From the NCBI GenBank assembly GCA_964016885.1, contig OZ024742.1, positions 177,444,001 through 177,508,000 on the forward strand: a DNA stretch of 64,000 nucleotides. Direction: 5' to 3'. Below, piece by piece: positions 1 through 11,894 of the stretch. This stretch comes from Eledone cirrhosa. Its lineage: Eukaryota. Numbering within the stretch: position 1 is the stretch's first letter; each line of letters starts with the position of its first letter. The notes under the pieces are model-generated. The model was not told the origin of the DNA. It saw only the letters and a program-made list of their open reading frames with translations, and ran no database searches. Made by a program: the position numbers and the translations under genes.

Positions 1-210
1 TTCATCCAAAATGTTACCAAGTCCGATAACCCATGATCATATAACTGACTAATATAAAAACAAAATAAGGAAAAGATAGGCTGGAAGAATCCGTAGAACG
101 AATCAAACAATTAATCTGAACCCCACTGGAGTCAGTTTTAATATTCCTCGTTTAGAGATCCATTAAATGTGTAGCAGGAAGTTACCCTCAAATCCAGAAA
201 TAATATTAGA

Positions 211-528
211 CACCACCACCACCATCATCATCATCACCACCACCATCATCATCATCATCATCATCATTCGCTTCATCATCACCACCACCACCACCATCAT
301 CGCCATCATCATCATCATCACCGTCATCATCATCATTCGCTTCATCATCATCATCACCACCATCATCACCATCATCATCATCATCATCATCATCATCATT
401 ATCATCATCACCATCATCACAATCATCATCATCATCATTCGCTCCATCATCATCACCACCACCACCATCATCATCATCACCACCATCATCATCATCACCA
501 TCATCATCATCATTCGCTTCATCATCAT

Positions 529-560
<32 letters not shown>

Positions 561-606
561 TCATCACCATCATCACCATCATCATCATCATTCGCTTCAT
601 CATCAT

Positions 607-663
<57 letters not shown>

Positions 664-795
664 CATCATTCGCTTCATCATCATCATCACCATCACCATC
701 ATCATCATCATCATCATTCGCTCCATCATCATCACCACCACCACCATCATCATCATCACCACCATCATCATCATCACCATCATCATCACCATCAC

Positions 796-842
<47 letters not shown>

Positions 843-1211
843 CCATCATCATAATCATCATCATCATCATTCGCTCCATCATCATCACCACCACCACCAT
901 CATCATCATCACCACCATCATCATCATCACCATCATCATCATCATTCGCTTCATCATCATCACCACCACCACCACTACCATCATCATCTTCATCATCATC
1001 ATCACCATCATCATCATCATTCGCTTCATCATCATCACCACCACTACCATCATCATCATCACCATCATCATCACCATCATCATCATCATTCGATTCATCA
1101 TCATCACCACCACTACCATCATCATCATCATCATCATCATCACCATCATCATCATCATTCGCTTCATCATCATCACCATCACCACCATCACCATCATCAT
1201 CATCATTCGCC

Positions 1212-1242
<31 letters not shown>

Positions 1243-1826
1243 CATTCGCTTCATCATCATCACCACCACCACCACCATCATCGCCATCATCATCATCATC
1301 ACCATCATCATCATCATTCGGTTCATCATCATCATCAACACCATCATCATCATCATCACCATCATCATCATCATCGTCATCATCATCATCACCATCACCA
1401 TCACCATCACCATCATCATTATCATTATCATTATCATCATCATTCCCGTCATCATTCCCTTCATCATCATCATCATCAACATCACCAATAACAACACCAA
1501 CAACAAAAACGCCGATGTTCTGGACGACAACATCCCCTTCATCAACAGCAACAATGATATTACCATCAGCAACATCATCATAACCAATAACAACACCAAC
1601 GATAAAAATACGGTGTGGACAGCATCTTCATCATCAGCAGCAACAAAATATCACCAACATCAACGGCAAAATCAGAGACGCCTTTGGCATCATCAAAAAG
1701 CAAATACGTCATCATCATCATCGTCATCATCATCACCATCGCCACCATCATCATAATCACATCATCAACATCATCACCATCACCTTCACCATCACCATCA
1801 CCATCACCATCACCATCATCATCATC

Positions 1827-1858
<32 letters not shown>

Positions 1859-2170
1859 CATCATCATCACAATCATCGCAATCATCACAATCATCACCAT
1901 CACCATCACCATCAACATCACCATCGCCATCATCATCATAATCACATTATCAACATCATCACCATCACCTTCAGCATCACCATCACCATCATCATCACAA
2001 TCATCATCATCATCATCGTCATCACAATCATCACCATCATCATCACCATCACCATCACCATCATCACCATCATCATCATCATCATCATCATCATGAACTT
2101 CAACAAAAACGACGAAGACTTGAAAAACAACATCGTCATCATCATCGATCTCATCATTATATTCCTCATC
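211..2170. repeat. (CAT/CAC)n trinucleotide array with a recurring CATTCGCTTCAT interruption
   Basis: Direct reading; it generates the poly-Ile, poly-Met and poly-His frames of the ORF track. Confidence 0.97.
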
Positions 2171-2240
2171 ATCATCAATATCAACAAGACCAACAACAAC
2201 GTCAACAACAACCAATAATAAACATTTCTTGTTTATTTCT

Positions 2241-2794
2241 ACTGGCAGTATCGGTAGAGGGATGGACGCCATGCTTTCTAGCATAGAGTTACGTCCCTTT
2301 ATGATCTGAGTTCAAATCCCGCCGATGTTAACAACTTTGCCTTTCATCCTTACGGGGTCGATAAAATAAAGTACCAGTAATGCACTGGGTAATTGCTGGC
2401 CTTGTGCCTAAAGTAGAAACAATTATTTCTACTGGCAGTATCGGTAGAGGGTTGGACGCCATGCTTTCTAGCATAGAGTTACGTCCCTTTATGATCTGAG
2501 TTCAAATCCCACCGAGGTTAACAACTTTGCCTTTCACGGGGTAGATAAAATAAAGTACCAGTAATGTACTGGGTAATTGCTGGTCTTGTGCCTAAAGTAG
2601 GAACAATTATTTCTACAGAATCGGTAGAGGGTCGAACGCCATGCTTTCCAGCATAGTTACGTCCCTTTACGATCTGAGTTCAAATCCCGCCGAGGTTGAC
2701 TTTGCCTTTCATCCTTACGGGGTCGATAAAATAAAGTACCAGTAATGTATTGATTAATTGCTGGCTTTGTGCCTAAAGTAAAAACAATTATTTC
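2241..2794 (+). mobile_element. Three head-to-tail tRNA-derived SINE copies (~185 bp each)
   Basis: Units start at ~2241, ~2431 and ~2616. Each has A-box-like TGGCAGTATCGG (degenerate in unit 3), B box GAGTTCAAATC, a Nin/Deu-like core CTTTCATCCTTACGGGGTCGATAAAATAAAGTACC and tail GCCTAAAGTAGAAACAATTATT. Confidence 0.9.
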
Positions 2795-2859
2795 TAAAAA
2801 ATACGGTAACATTATCCATCTTTCTTTTTTGTTTTCGTTCAAAATAATTTCCAACAATT

Positions 2860-3047
2860 ATTGCTGCCATGTTGTTGTTGTTGTTGCTGTTGTTGTTATT
2901 GTTGTTGTTGTTGCTGCTGTTGTTCTTGTTGTTCCTGTTGATGATGATTTCATTAATGTTATTGTTGTTATTGCTCCAACGTTATTGTTGCTGGTGTTCT
3001 GGCAGCTGTGGTTACTGTTGTTACTATACGTTGTCATTGTTGTTGCT

Positions 3048-3082
<35 letters not shown>

Positions 3083-3130
3083 TGATGTTGTTGTTGTTGC
3101 TACTGCTCTGTCGTTGATGTTGTTGTTTTT
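2860..3130. repeat. (GTT/GCT)n degenerate trinucleotide repeat
   Basis: Direct reading. Confidence 0.9.
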
Positions 3131-3924
3131 GTTATCGAAACTTTATACATTCCTTGGTTTTACAGCTAATTCCTAATCACGATAATCCTTATTTTAAGAT
3201 TTCTAGGATAGATTGCATTGTTTCAGTTCTCCCTGATTATCCTTTTCACAATAAGTGTCAAATTCAGCCCTTGAAGCTATAGAAACGTTCGTTATTTATA
3301 TAGGAACCCAGTTCTCTTCAACCCATCCCTCTATCTTCCTACCACTATCACCTCTCATTCCTCACCTTTATATTCTCACCCCAACAACCCTCATCAATAT
3401 CTTCACCATATGTCAGTAAACCGAGCCGACACACAGCAACAATTCATAGCGAAAGCGATGTAGGATTCTAGTAGTTGGCGTTGATGTTGTTGTTGGTGTT
3501 AATGCTTAAACTCAGGATAGTTCTGATTGAGTAGACAAGTGTACTAGCAACAATCATCCTAAGTTTGTGTAACAAAAACATTTTTTTCTCTGTTCCTGGC
3601 TTGTAATCACTGTTTTGTGTTGCTTAGGTCTCAAATAAATAAAAAAGTGCTATTAAACAGCTAAAAGTTTCGGTTTGTAAAAATTCTAAACTATTCACTA
3701 GAATTATTTGTATGCTGGATTTTGCATTGTATGTAAGTTTAATTTGCTTATGTTAAATGATTTGTTTTATATATGTTTCAGGTTAAATTAAAATTATAAA
3801 ATAAAGAGTAATACCTAAAGAAAATGATAAAAGTGCAATAAAGTATAAAATTGTTAAAAAGTGGATTAAAGAGATTTATTGATACTGGATTTTCGCACCC
3901 TGAATAAAGGGTAAGTTGTGTTTT

Positions 3925-5038
3925 AAGCATTCGTCTCCAGGATGAATCAGTGGAACTTGGTCAAGGAGGAAGTGCAGGTGACAAGTCAGAGAAGTCGACA
4001 CGAACCGTTCTCAGGCTTTTACACTCTTAGGGATGGCGTCTGCTTCTGCCATGTGCCTGGACTGTTTGACGTTATTGGGTGCCGTTTGTGCCCAAAGAGT
4101 GGCGGCTATTTATAGACAGCTCCACCACAAGTTTGAAGGCTGTCCTCCTCCACAAGTTCCCGACACTGCCCCAAACTCATTCAGTCTGTCTGAAGGAAGA
4201 TTACTACTGTGTGAAAGTCCTCTTGGAAGCTCTGCAATACAACGAGTACAATTGGGAAATCATTGGAGACTTCAAACTGGTGGCTTTCCTGCTTGGACTC
4301 CAAGGAGGCTTTATCAAATTCCAATGCTTCCTCTGCCTATGGGACAGCAGAGCCACCTCTGACGGCTACAAAAGAAAGAACAGGGAGCAGCGAACATAAT
4401 TTATAGTCGGGACCCGGAACGTCATGTGGGCGCTACTAATTGATCTCAGCATTGTGCTCATGCCGCCACTGCACATTAAGTTGGGGCTGATGAAGCAGTT
4501 TGTGAAGGCTCTCAACCAAGAATCAGCCGCTTTTAAGTACCTTCTTGAGTTCTTCCCCAAGTTATCTGAGGCCAAAATCAAAGGTGGAATTTTTGTTGGA
4601 CCTCAGATAAAGAAGGTGTTTGAGTCTACCGAGTTCTCCAATAAGCTCAATAGGTTTGAGAGAACAGCATGGAACTGTTTCAAGGCAGTTGTTAAGGGTT
4701 TCCTGGGCAACTACATAACTGAAAACTACCAGCAACTGGTGCAGGATCTGATAAAGGCTTTTGGCGCCATGGGATGCAGGATGTCGCTTAAACTCCATAT
4801 GCTGGACGCTCACCTGGAAAAATTCAAGGACAATATGGGCCCCTACTCAGAAGAACAAGGCGAACGATTCCACCAAGATGTGAAAGAGATAGAGCGGAGG
4901 TACCAGGACCACTACAATGAACAAATGATGGGGGACTATATCTGGGGGCTAGTGCTGGTATGCGACCTGGACTACAATCGCAAATCCAGGAAATCCAGTC
5001 ATCATAAGTGTTATTTGTTTTTACTTATTTGCTTTTGA
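3925..5038 (+). pseudogene. DDE transposase pseudogene (Chapaev3-like, RAG1/Transib-related core)
   Basis: Motifs SRMNQWNL, WRLFIDSS, IGDFK, CFLCLWDSR, PPLHIKLGLMKQFVKAL, SLKLHMLDAH and SEEQGERFHQD. Frameshift near 4079, stop at 4399, N-terminus missing. Confidence 0.85.
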
Positions 5039-5204
5039 TAAGCTTGTGTAATAAAATAAATATATACTCTGTTGATTTAATTATATGAACTGATAAATTT
5101 TTTTTTAAATGTGTTTTTTTCTTGAAAAATATGAAAATTTCGAAATATCAAACTCCTGATCACAGACCCACACTTCTGATTAAATAAGAGGGTTTTTTTT
5201 TTAT

Positions 5205-5385
5205 AATAATTGTTTCTACTTTAGGCACAAGGCCAGAAATTACCAGTGCGTTACTGGTACTTTATTTTATCGACCCCGTAAGGATGAAAGGCAAATTCAA
5301 CCTCGGCGGGATTTGAACTCAGATCGTAAAGGGACGTAACTATGCTGGAAAGCATGGCGTCCGACCCTCTACCGATACTGCCAAT
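5205..5385 (-). mobile_element. tRNA-derived SINE inserted into the right end of the DNA transposon
   Basis: Reverse complement of the SINE unit at 2241-2430. Confidence 0.9.
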
Positions 5386-5539
5386 CCGGGATATAACAAA
5401 ACATGAAATGACACTTAGAACCGGGGAACAAAAAATATGTTACACGGTGTTATTTAAGGCATAGAATATCTAAGATGACATTGTTCAATATGTCCTTAAT
5501 TGTTATTAAACTAAAAGCAACGTGTTATTATTTGAGATC

Positions 5540-5720
5540 GCATGGATTGACAGACACAATGGTGCTTCAGAAAATATGCATTGTGGCATTTATTTCCAAA
5601 TCTTGACATTCTAAGTTCAAATCCTTCCACGGTCGATAAAATTAAGTACCAAAAGGGTTGATATAATTCCTTTTCCCTTCCCCTAAATTTTCAGCACTGT
5701 GTCAAAAATGGAAATCGATA
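5540..5720 (+). mobile_element. Old, diverged SINE copy
   Basis: AAGTTCAAATCC...GGTCGATAAAATTAAGTACC...TGTGTCAAAAATGGAAA. Confidence 0.55.
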
Positions 5721-6714
5721 TTTGAGGGTGATGGACTGGACGTATCGGTAGAGCGTTGGATAACATGCTTTATGGGGGTTTTAACAATGCCGACAATACA
5801 CCACCGACGGGCTGATACTTTATTTATCGATCCAAACACTCGGGTGCAATGAACTGAAACATTTACTCCGACACACTATTGTTAAATCATAACAGCCCTA
5901 GCACAATGTTAATTCATTGATAGACATAGATTTTGGAAACTATGCTAGTATTTATATATTTTACCGAGAAAATATATTATCCTTTGCTGCCATGCAGTAA
6001 GCACTTTGACCACGGAAAAAGATGACTCTTAGAATACTAAAATGTCTATATCGGCATTGGCTTTATATTGGTTGTAGACCGAGAGCTGTGCTATGACAGT
6101 GATTCTTAACGAAACATCAAATCAACTTTAGCTGGCAATTCGATACTTTGTTTTGCCAAATGCAAATAAAAATTTAACAACAAAAGACAGCTAAACAAAC
6201 AAATCGAAAGGAGTAATGCAATAAATTATTTAATAAATGAAGAAAGAAAGAATGGAAGAAAGAAAGAACGAAAGAATGAAACAAAGAAAGGGATATGAAA
6301 AGAAGAGAAAAAAGAAATGAAATAAGTACGAAAGAGAGCAAGAAAGACATTTGCGATTATGTAATGTAATAGAAACTTGCAAACGGACATTTAAACTAGA
6401 TGAATGTTGACAGAAATAAGACGATGTCCGATGGCGTTGGTAAACTGCCTATAACATCAAAAGTAATTTTAGTGATACGTTCAGGAGGCTGTAATCTAAT
6501 TCTAGCGTACAGAGAGGCATTAGCATAGGCTTGTGTGTGAGTATTTATGACAGGTAAACACAGGTAAAAACATACATATACATTGATAGAAAATGACGTC
6601 TCAAACATATGCATGCATACATTTTTTACAATCATAGTCACAAATATACATATGTTACTGGTTTAAGGGATGACGTAATAAACACAAATATAGGAATGCA
6701 TATATATTGTAACT

Positions 6715-6724
6715 CTCTCTCTCT

Positions 6725-6801
<77 letters not shown>

Positions 6802-6816
6802 CATGTATATATATAC

Positions 6817-6864
<48 letters not shown>

Positions 6865-6920
6865 GCATATATTCTTATACATATATATACACACATATAT
6901 TCTTATACATATATATGTAC

Positions 6921-6955
<35 letters not shown>

Positions 6956-6964
6956 CACACGCAC

Positions 6965-6998
<34 letters not shown>

Positions 6999-7030
6999 AT
7001 ATATAAATATATACATATGTATGTATATAT

Positions 7031-7081
<51 letters not shown>

Positions 7082-7165
7082 CATATATACGTAGGTATTT
7101 ATATACATATGTAAGTATATATCTATATATATCGACGTATGTATATATATATATATATATATGCA
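6715..7165. repeat. Compound (CT)n/(TA)n/(CA)n microsatellite
   Basis: Direct reading. Confidence 0.95.
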
Positions 7166-7781
7166 ATTTTATGTATGGTATGTGTCTGTGCGAGTGAGAG
7201 TCCCTGTTTCTGTGTGTGTGCATGTGTCTGTGTGCGCATATTCACATAAATGCGGTGTCCTTTTAGAATCATTAATGCTCTGAGCAACTAGTCATATGCT
7301 CATATATATAAATATATATTTGTTTGTGTGTGTCTGTGTGTGTATATATATATATATACACACATACCCACTTCTCCTATACCTACCTACTTATCTGCAT
7401 TATACCACCTGACATGATGGCAGCTGTAAAGCATCAGATAGGAAGGTAATATAGTATAACTATATCATAGCTCATATGGTGAATGTTATTTATACGACAC
7501 AGAGGCAGAATAAAATAAGACCAAAACCGAAAAAAAGATATTCTAGTTTTTAGCCAGTAATAATTCATTAGTTACATAAGCCATACTACACCGAAGGTTT
7601 TCGATTTCATGCTAACGTTCAAGATGAAAAAGCTGGCATTTTAGGTTGAACATTCACCGATGCATATCATGCAAAGGAAACCATTAATATCAGAAGCCTT
7701 GCTCATTTAGATTTTATCACAAATTATTATGCACATTTTTTGGCGGCCCTCCCTTTCTTCTTTTCTCTCTCGTCTCGACAT

Positions 7782-8240
<459 letters not shown>

Positions 8241-8686
8241 TATTTCAAGTACACAATAGCACAGATATATCACACATACACTGTAAGAACAAGGAGGATA
8301 CAATTTACAATTTAGAACAGTAAAAACAGTAAAAACAGTAACAACATAAAACAAGTATCAACAACATTAACAACAGTAACAAGACAAGCAATGTGAAGAC
8401 ATTACACATTCAGACGAATTGCCAAATCTTGAGACGTTTTAAATCATCATTTTAAAACTAAAATGATGCGAAGCAGTGTCTGAAGCAGTCAGCCAGAACT
8501 GTATAAATAGAAAATTAAATTAATGACATGTTTTTTTCGCAGCTAGAAAGCCAGACATAATTCGCTCAATTTGTCAACGATCCGTGTATATGATATTGTG
8601 TGTTTTCTGTGTGAGAGTGCGTACCTACATATGGAACGGTATAGTATTTATATTTGTCTGATTCATTTTGTGTGAGAGGGTGTGTT

Positions 8687-8727
<41 letters not shown>

Positions 8728-9419
8728 TTATATATTACATATGTATATACTTATAGATATATATATACATATATATATGCATATGTGTATATGTGTGTGT
8801 ATGTGTTTGTGCGTGTGTGTGTATGTGTGTTTGTGTGTGCTTTTAAATGACCGAGTTTTGTTTAAAATCTTTATATATATTATTCGCCAGGATACCACCG
8901 TCTACACGTCATACCAACAAATATATATATATATATGGCGGTGCCCCAGCATGGCCTCAGCCGGATGGCTGAAACAGGTAAAAGAGTAAAAGTAAAAGAG
9001 AATATATATATATATACAGTGCAAATTTATACGGGAACAAAACAGAGAGACAGACAAATAAAGGTTTATATATATGTAGGTATATTTTTGATAACAAATA
9101 AGACAAGCTTTAGTAGCTAATTAATCTCTTCTTTTCCGGTCGTTTCAAACGGCAGAATAAGCAAAACCTTTGTCTATATATATATTGACTAATCGATAGC
9201 CTTCAGAAAATGCACGAGAGACAAGACATATTGGCTAAGAGAAAGTGTTGCTGGTGAAATAAAGAATGAACTACAAATGTTTTTAAAAACTAGTAAAACA
9301 AAAATTGAAAAGAAAGAAACAGTTTAAGTATAAATAATTGAACTCATAATATGTAAATGGTTAATTCATTTTACAGATACACTCAAATGCTCACACATGC
9401 ATTTACGGTCATAAATCAG

Positions 9420-11615
9420 ATAAATTTCTTTAGTAGCCACAAGGGCACAAAAGAAGGGGACAAATACAAATAGGGAGTTTACATACAGGTATATGAAAAT
9501 AAAAATAATTAATAAAATAACAAATAACAATTGAAATCCCCAATGGGGGGGGGGGGGGGGCGTTACACAGGGGTTGTACACACCCCGAAAAAATGTACAA
9601 CCCTCATCTCCAGGAGCACCAAGAGTGAGTACTCCCTTCCTCTCTTCCTCTTTTTCCTCAACCTACAGGCTTATATAGAAAGAAGGCCCAACCACTCGGG
9701 CCATCTTTGCCACATTCACCCACCTTTTATAAAATTTGCTGGGGTACAGCACCTCTCCATGCTGATTCTTCTTCCAAAAATATATTTGAAAAAACGAATC
9801 AGCTGCTCGCCGGAGAGAAAGGTGTCTGACCTCAGCCCTTTTAACCTCGTCCACCATATAACCTCTTTCACCATAGCCATAACACATAGGAAAACCGCCT
9901 CTTCCTCGCTTTTGAAGGAGAGTGGCGGTTTGATCATGACAATGGACTCGGTGGTCAACTGAATTGGTCCCACCCGCGACTATAGTCGTTCTACATAGCC
10001 CCACAGGTCGGTAACGCCCGGGCAGTGTACAAATGTGTGCGCGACGGTTTTCTCGTCACGCACGCATCTCGGACAGATCTTTTTCGAAGGGTCCCTGCCC
10101 GGGCGCCCGTGTCTGTTGAGCTTGTCTCGAACTGGTAGAGCTCCTCGGTAGCACTGCCAGGCCAGGGACTTTTGGAAGTTGTCCATTGGTCCCGGGCGGA
10201 AGGTCCTACCGAACAGAGTGGCTAGTTCGTCCTCCTACACGCCTAGAGTTTCTGCGAGCGCGTCGTCGCACTTGTTGCGGGCCAACTCTCTAGGATGTCG
10301 AAGTGGAGTCTTCACTGATCGCCGGGTCCGTTTGCCAGAGGACTGTGAGCGCCTGAGCACATTCGATGTGACAGTCACCCATTTTCCTCGGTCTTTGCTT
10401 GGCCCAGGACTGCAGCTCGGTCAGCAAGGCGAGTTGTGGGGAGGTTCGCCTCACGAACGGGGCCCACACCGATTGTCCGGTGAGGAATACGAGGAGGTGC
10501 TGCAGCCTGAGCGCGTGTTTGCGCATCGTCAGCCACGGCACCCCCAAACCTCCGTTTGAAGGGTGTTATCAGCAGATGAATCTTCTCACCAAAGGAGCCC
10601 GCCTCTTCCAAAGGAATTGGAAGATTGAGCGCTCCATTTTGATGAGCGTTTTGGCTGGACAAGGCACGACGATCAAGCGGTAGTAGATGACGGACGCTAT
10701 AAAAGTGTTCGCGACCTTCGCTCGACCTTTCAAGGATAGTTTGCACTCGGCCCACTTCTGGGTGAGCGTAAACACCTTGGCGGTCACCTCGCTCCAGTTC
10801 TTCTCCACCTGGAGGTCTGGACCAAACCAGACCCCGAGCAGCTTTACCGGTCCTTCCGTCCAGCGTCCGACGACGCCATCGGAAAGCATCGGTTTGTCTC
10901 TCCATGTTCGAGTTGCAAACCGACGGATTTGTCCCGGTTCAGCTTCACTCCTGTGAATCTTTCGTATTCCTCCAGTAAGGTGCCGACCTCCCCAATTCCC
11001 GGGGTGTTCGACACCATTACTGTCACGTCGCCAGGGTAGGCCGACGCCACTTTTCGCAATCCTGTTTCCAAAAGGATGCCCTGCAGTAGCTCCTACTTCC
11101 GCTGTATTGGCTCGAGAGTCAGTACGTACAGAAGGGTGGAGAGAGGGCATCCCTGTCGGATGGATCGCGTGATATGGAACGGCTCCGAGAGGTAGCTGTT
11201 CACCTTGATACTTGAGCAGATGTTGCTGCTGTGCATTGCCCCTAAACACGGGTATGAAGCCCCTAAACACGGGTCTGAAGCCTGCCGCCTCGAGCACGGC
11301 ATCCAGGTAACGATGGTCAACCCTATCGAAAGCCTTAGACTTATCCAAGTTGATCAGGGCCCCACCGAAGCCGGGTTTACACCCTACCCTCTCTATGATG
11401 TATCGCATGAGGGCGAGGTTGTCGTGTATGGAACTGGTCGGGATTGCGCATGTCTGCGCTTCTCCCACCAGGTTTTCGACGTCAAGCGCCAGCTTCTTTG
11501 CCAAAACCTGGCCAAAATCTGTAACTCTGTTTTAAGCAGAGTTATGGGCCGGAAGTTGCCTATGTCTTCCCCCTTATTCTCGTCCTTCCTGACTAACGTG
11601 ACTACGCACTTGCAG
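9420..11615 (-). mobile_element. 5'-truncated L1/Tx1-clade LINE (RT plus C-terminal CCHC), frameshifted
   Basis: GNFRPITLLKTE, GGALINLDKSKAFDRVDHRYL, IRQGCPLSTLLYVL, AYPGDVTV (degenerate YADD), KLSLKGRAKVAN, CPRC..TVAHTFVHC. 3' UTR ends CCTTGTGGCTACTAAAGAAAT. Confidence 0.88.
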
Positions 11616-11894
11616 ATAAAGATACGTGTGCTGCTATTGGACAGTTGTAGCATTCAACAGTTCACAGTTAGGAGACAGTTCAAGTTGTAGCTAAGTAGCC
11701 ATATCAAATATTTTACATGTACTGAAACGCATGCAAACAAATATATATATATGTACATTCACTCGCACACACACGTGCACTTACATATACATACATAAAT
11801 AGAGAGAGATGTACGATGAGAAAGATACTAAATATGCGAGATATACACACATGCAAAGGTAGAGAGGCATATATAGGTCTTCATATACATCTAT

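Larger units (their letters stand above)
3564..5449 (+). mobile_element. Chapaev3-like (CMC) DNA transposon, internally deleted, with imperfect TIRs
   Basis: Left end GTGTAACAAAAACATTTTTTTCTCTGTTCC (3567) resembles the reverse complement of the right end, CACCGTGTAACATATTTTTTGTTCCCC (ends 5449). Encloses a transposase pseudogene. Confidence 0.7.

Noticed and set aside
163-2284. Long ORFs of 478 aa, 529 aa and 175 aa
   Set aside because: Stop-free readings of a (CAT)n array on both strands, with no domain content.
2241-2794. Regularly spaced repeats suggestive of CRISPR or tRNA genes
   Set aside because: Whole ~185-bp units repeat without unique spacers. The A/B boxes belong to SINE heads and no cloverleaf is evident.
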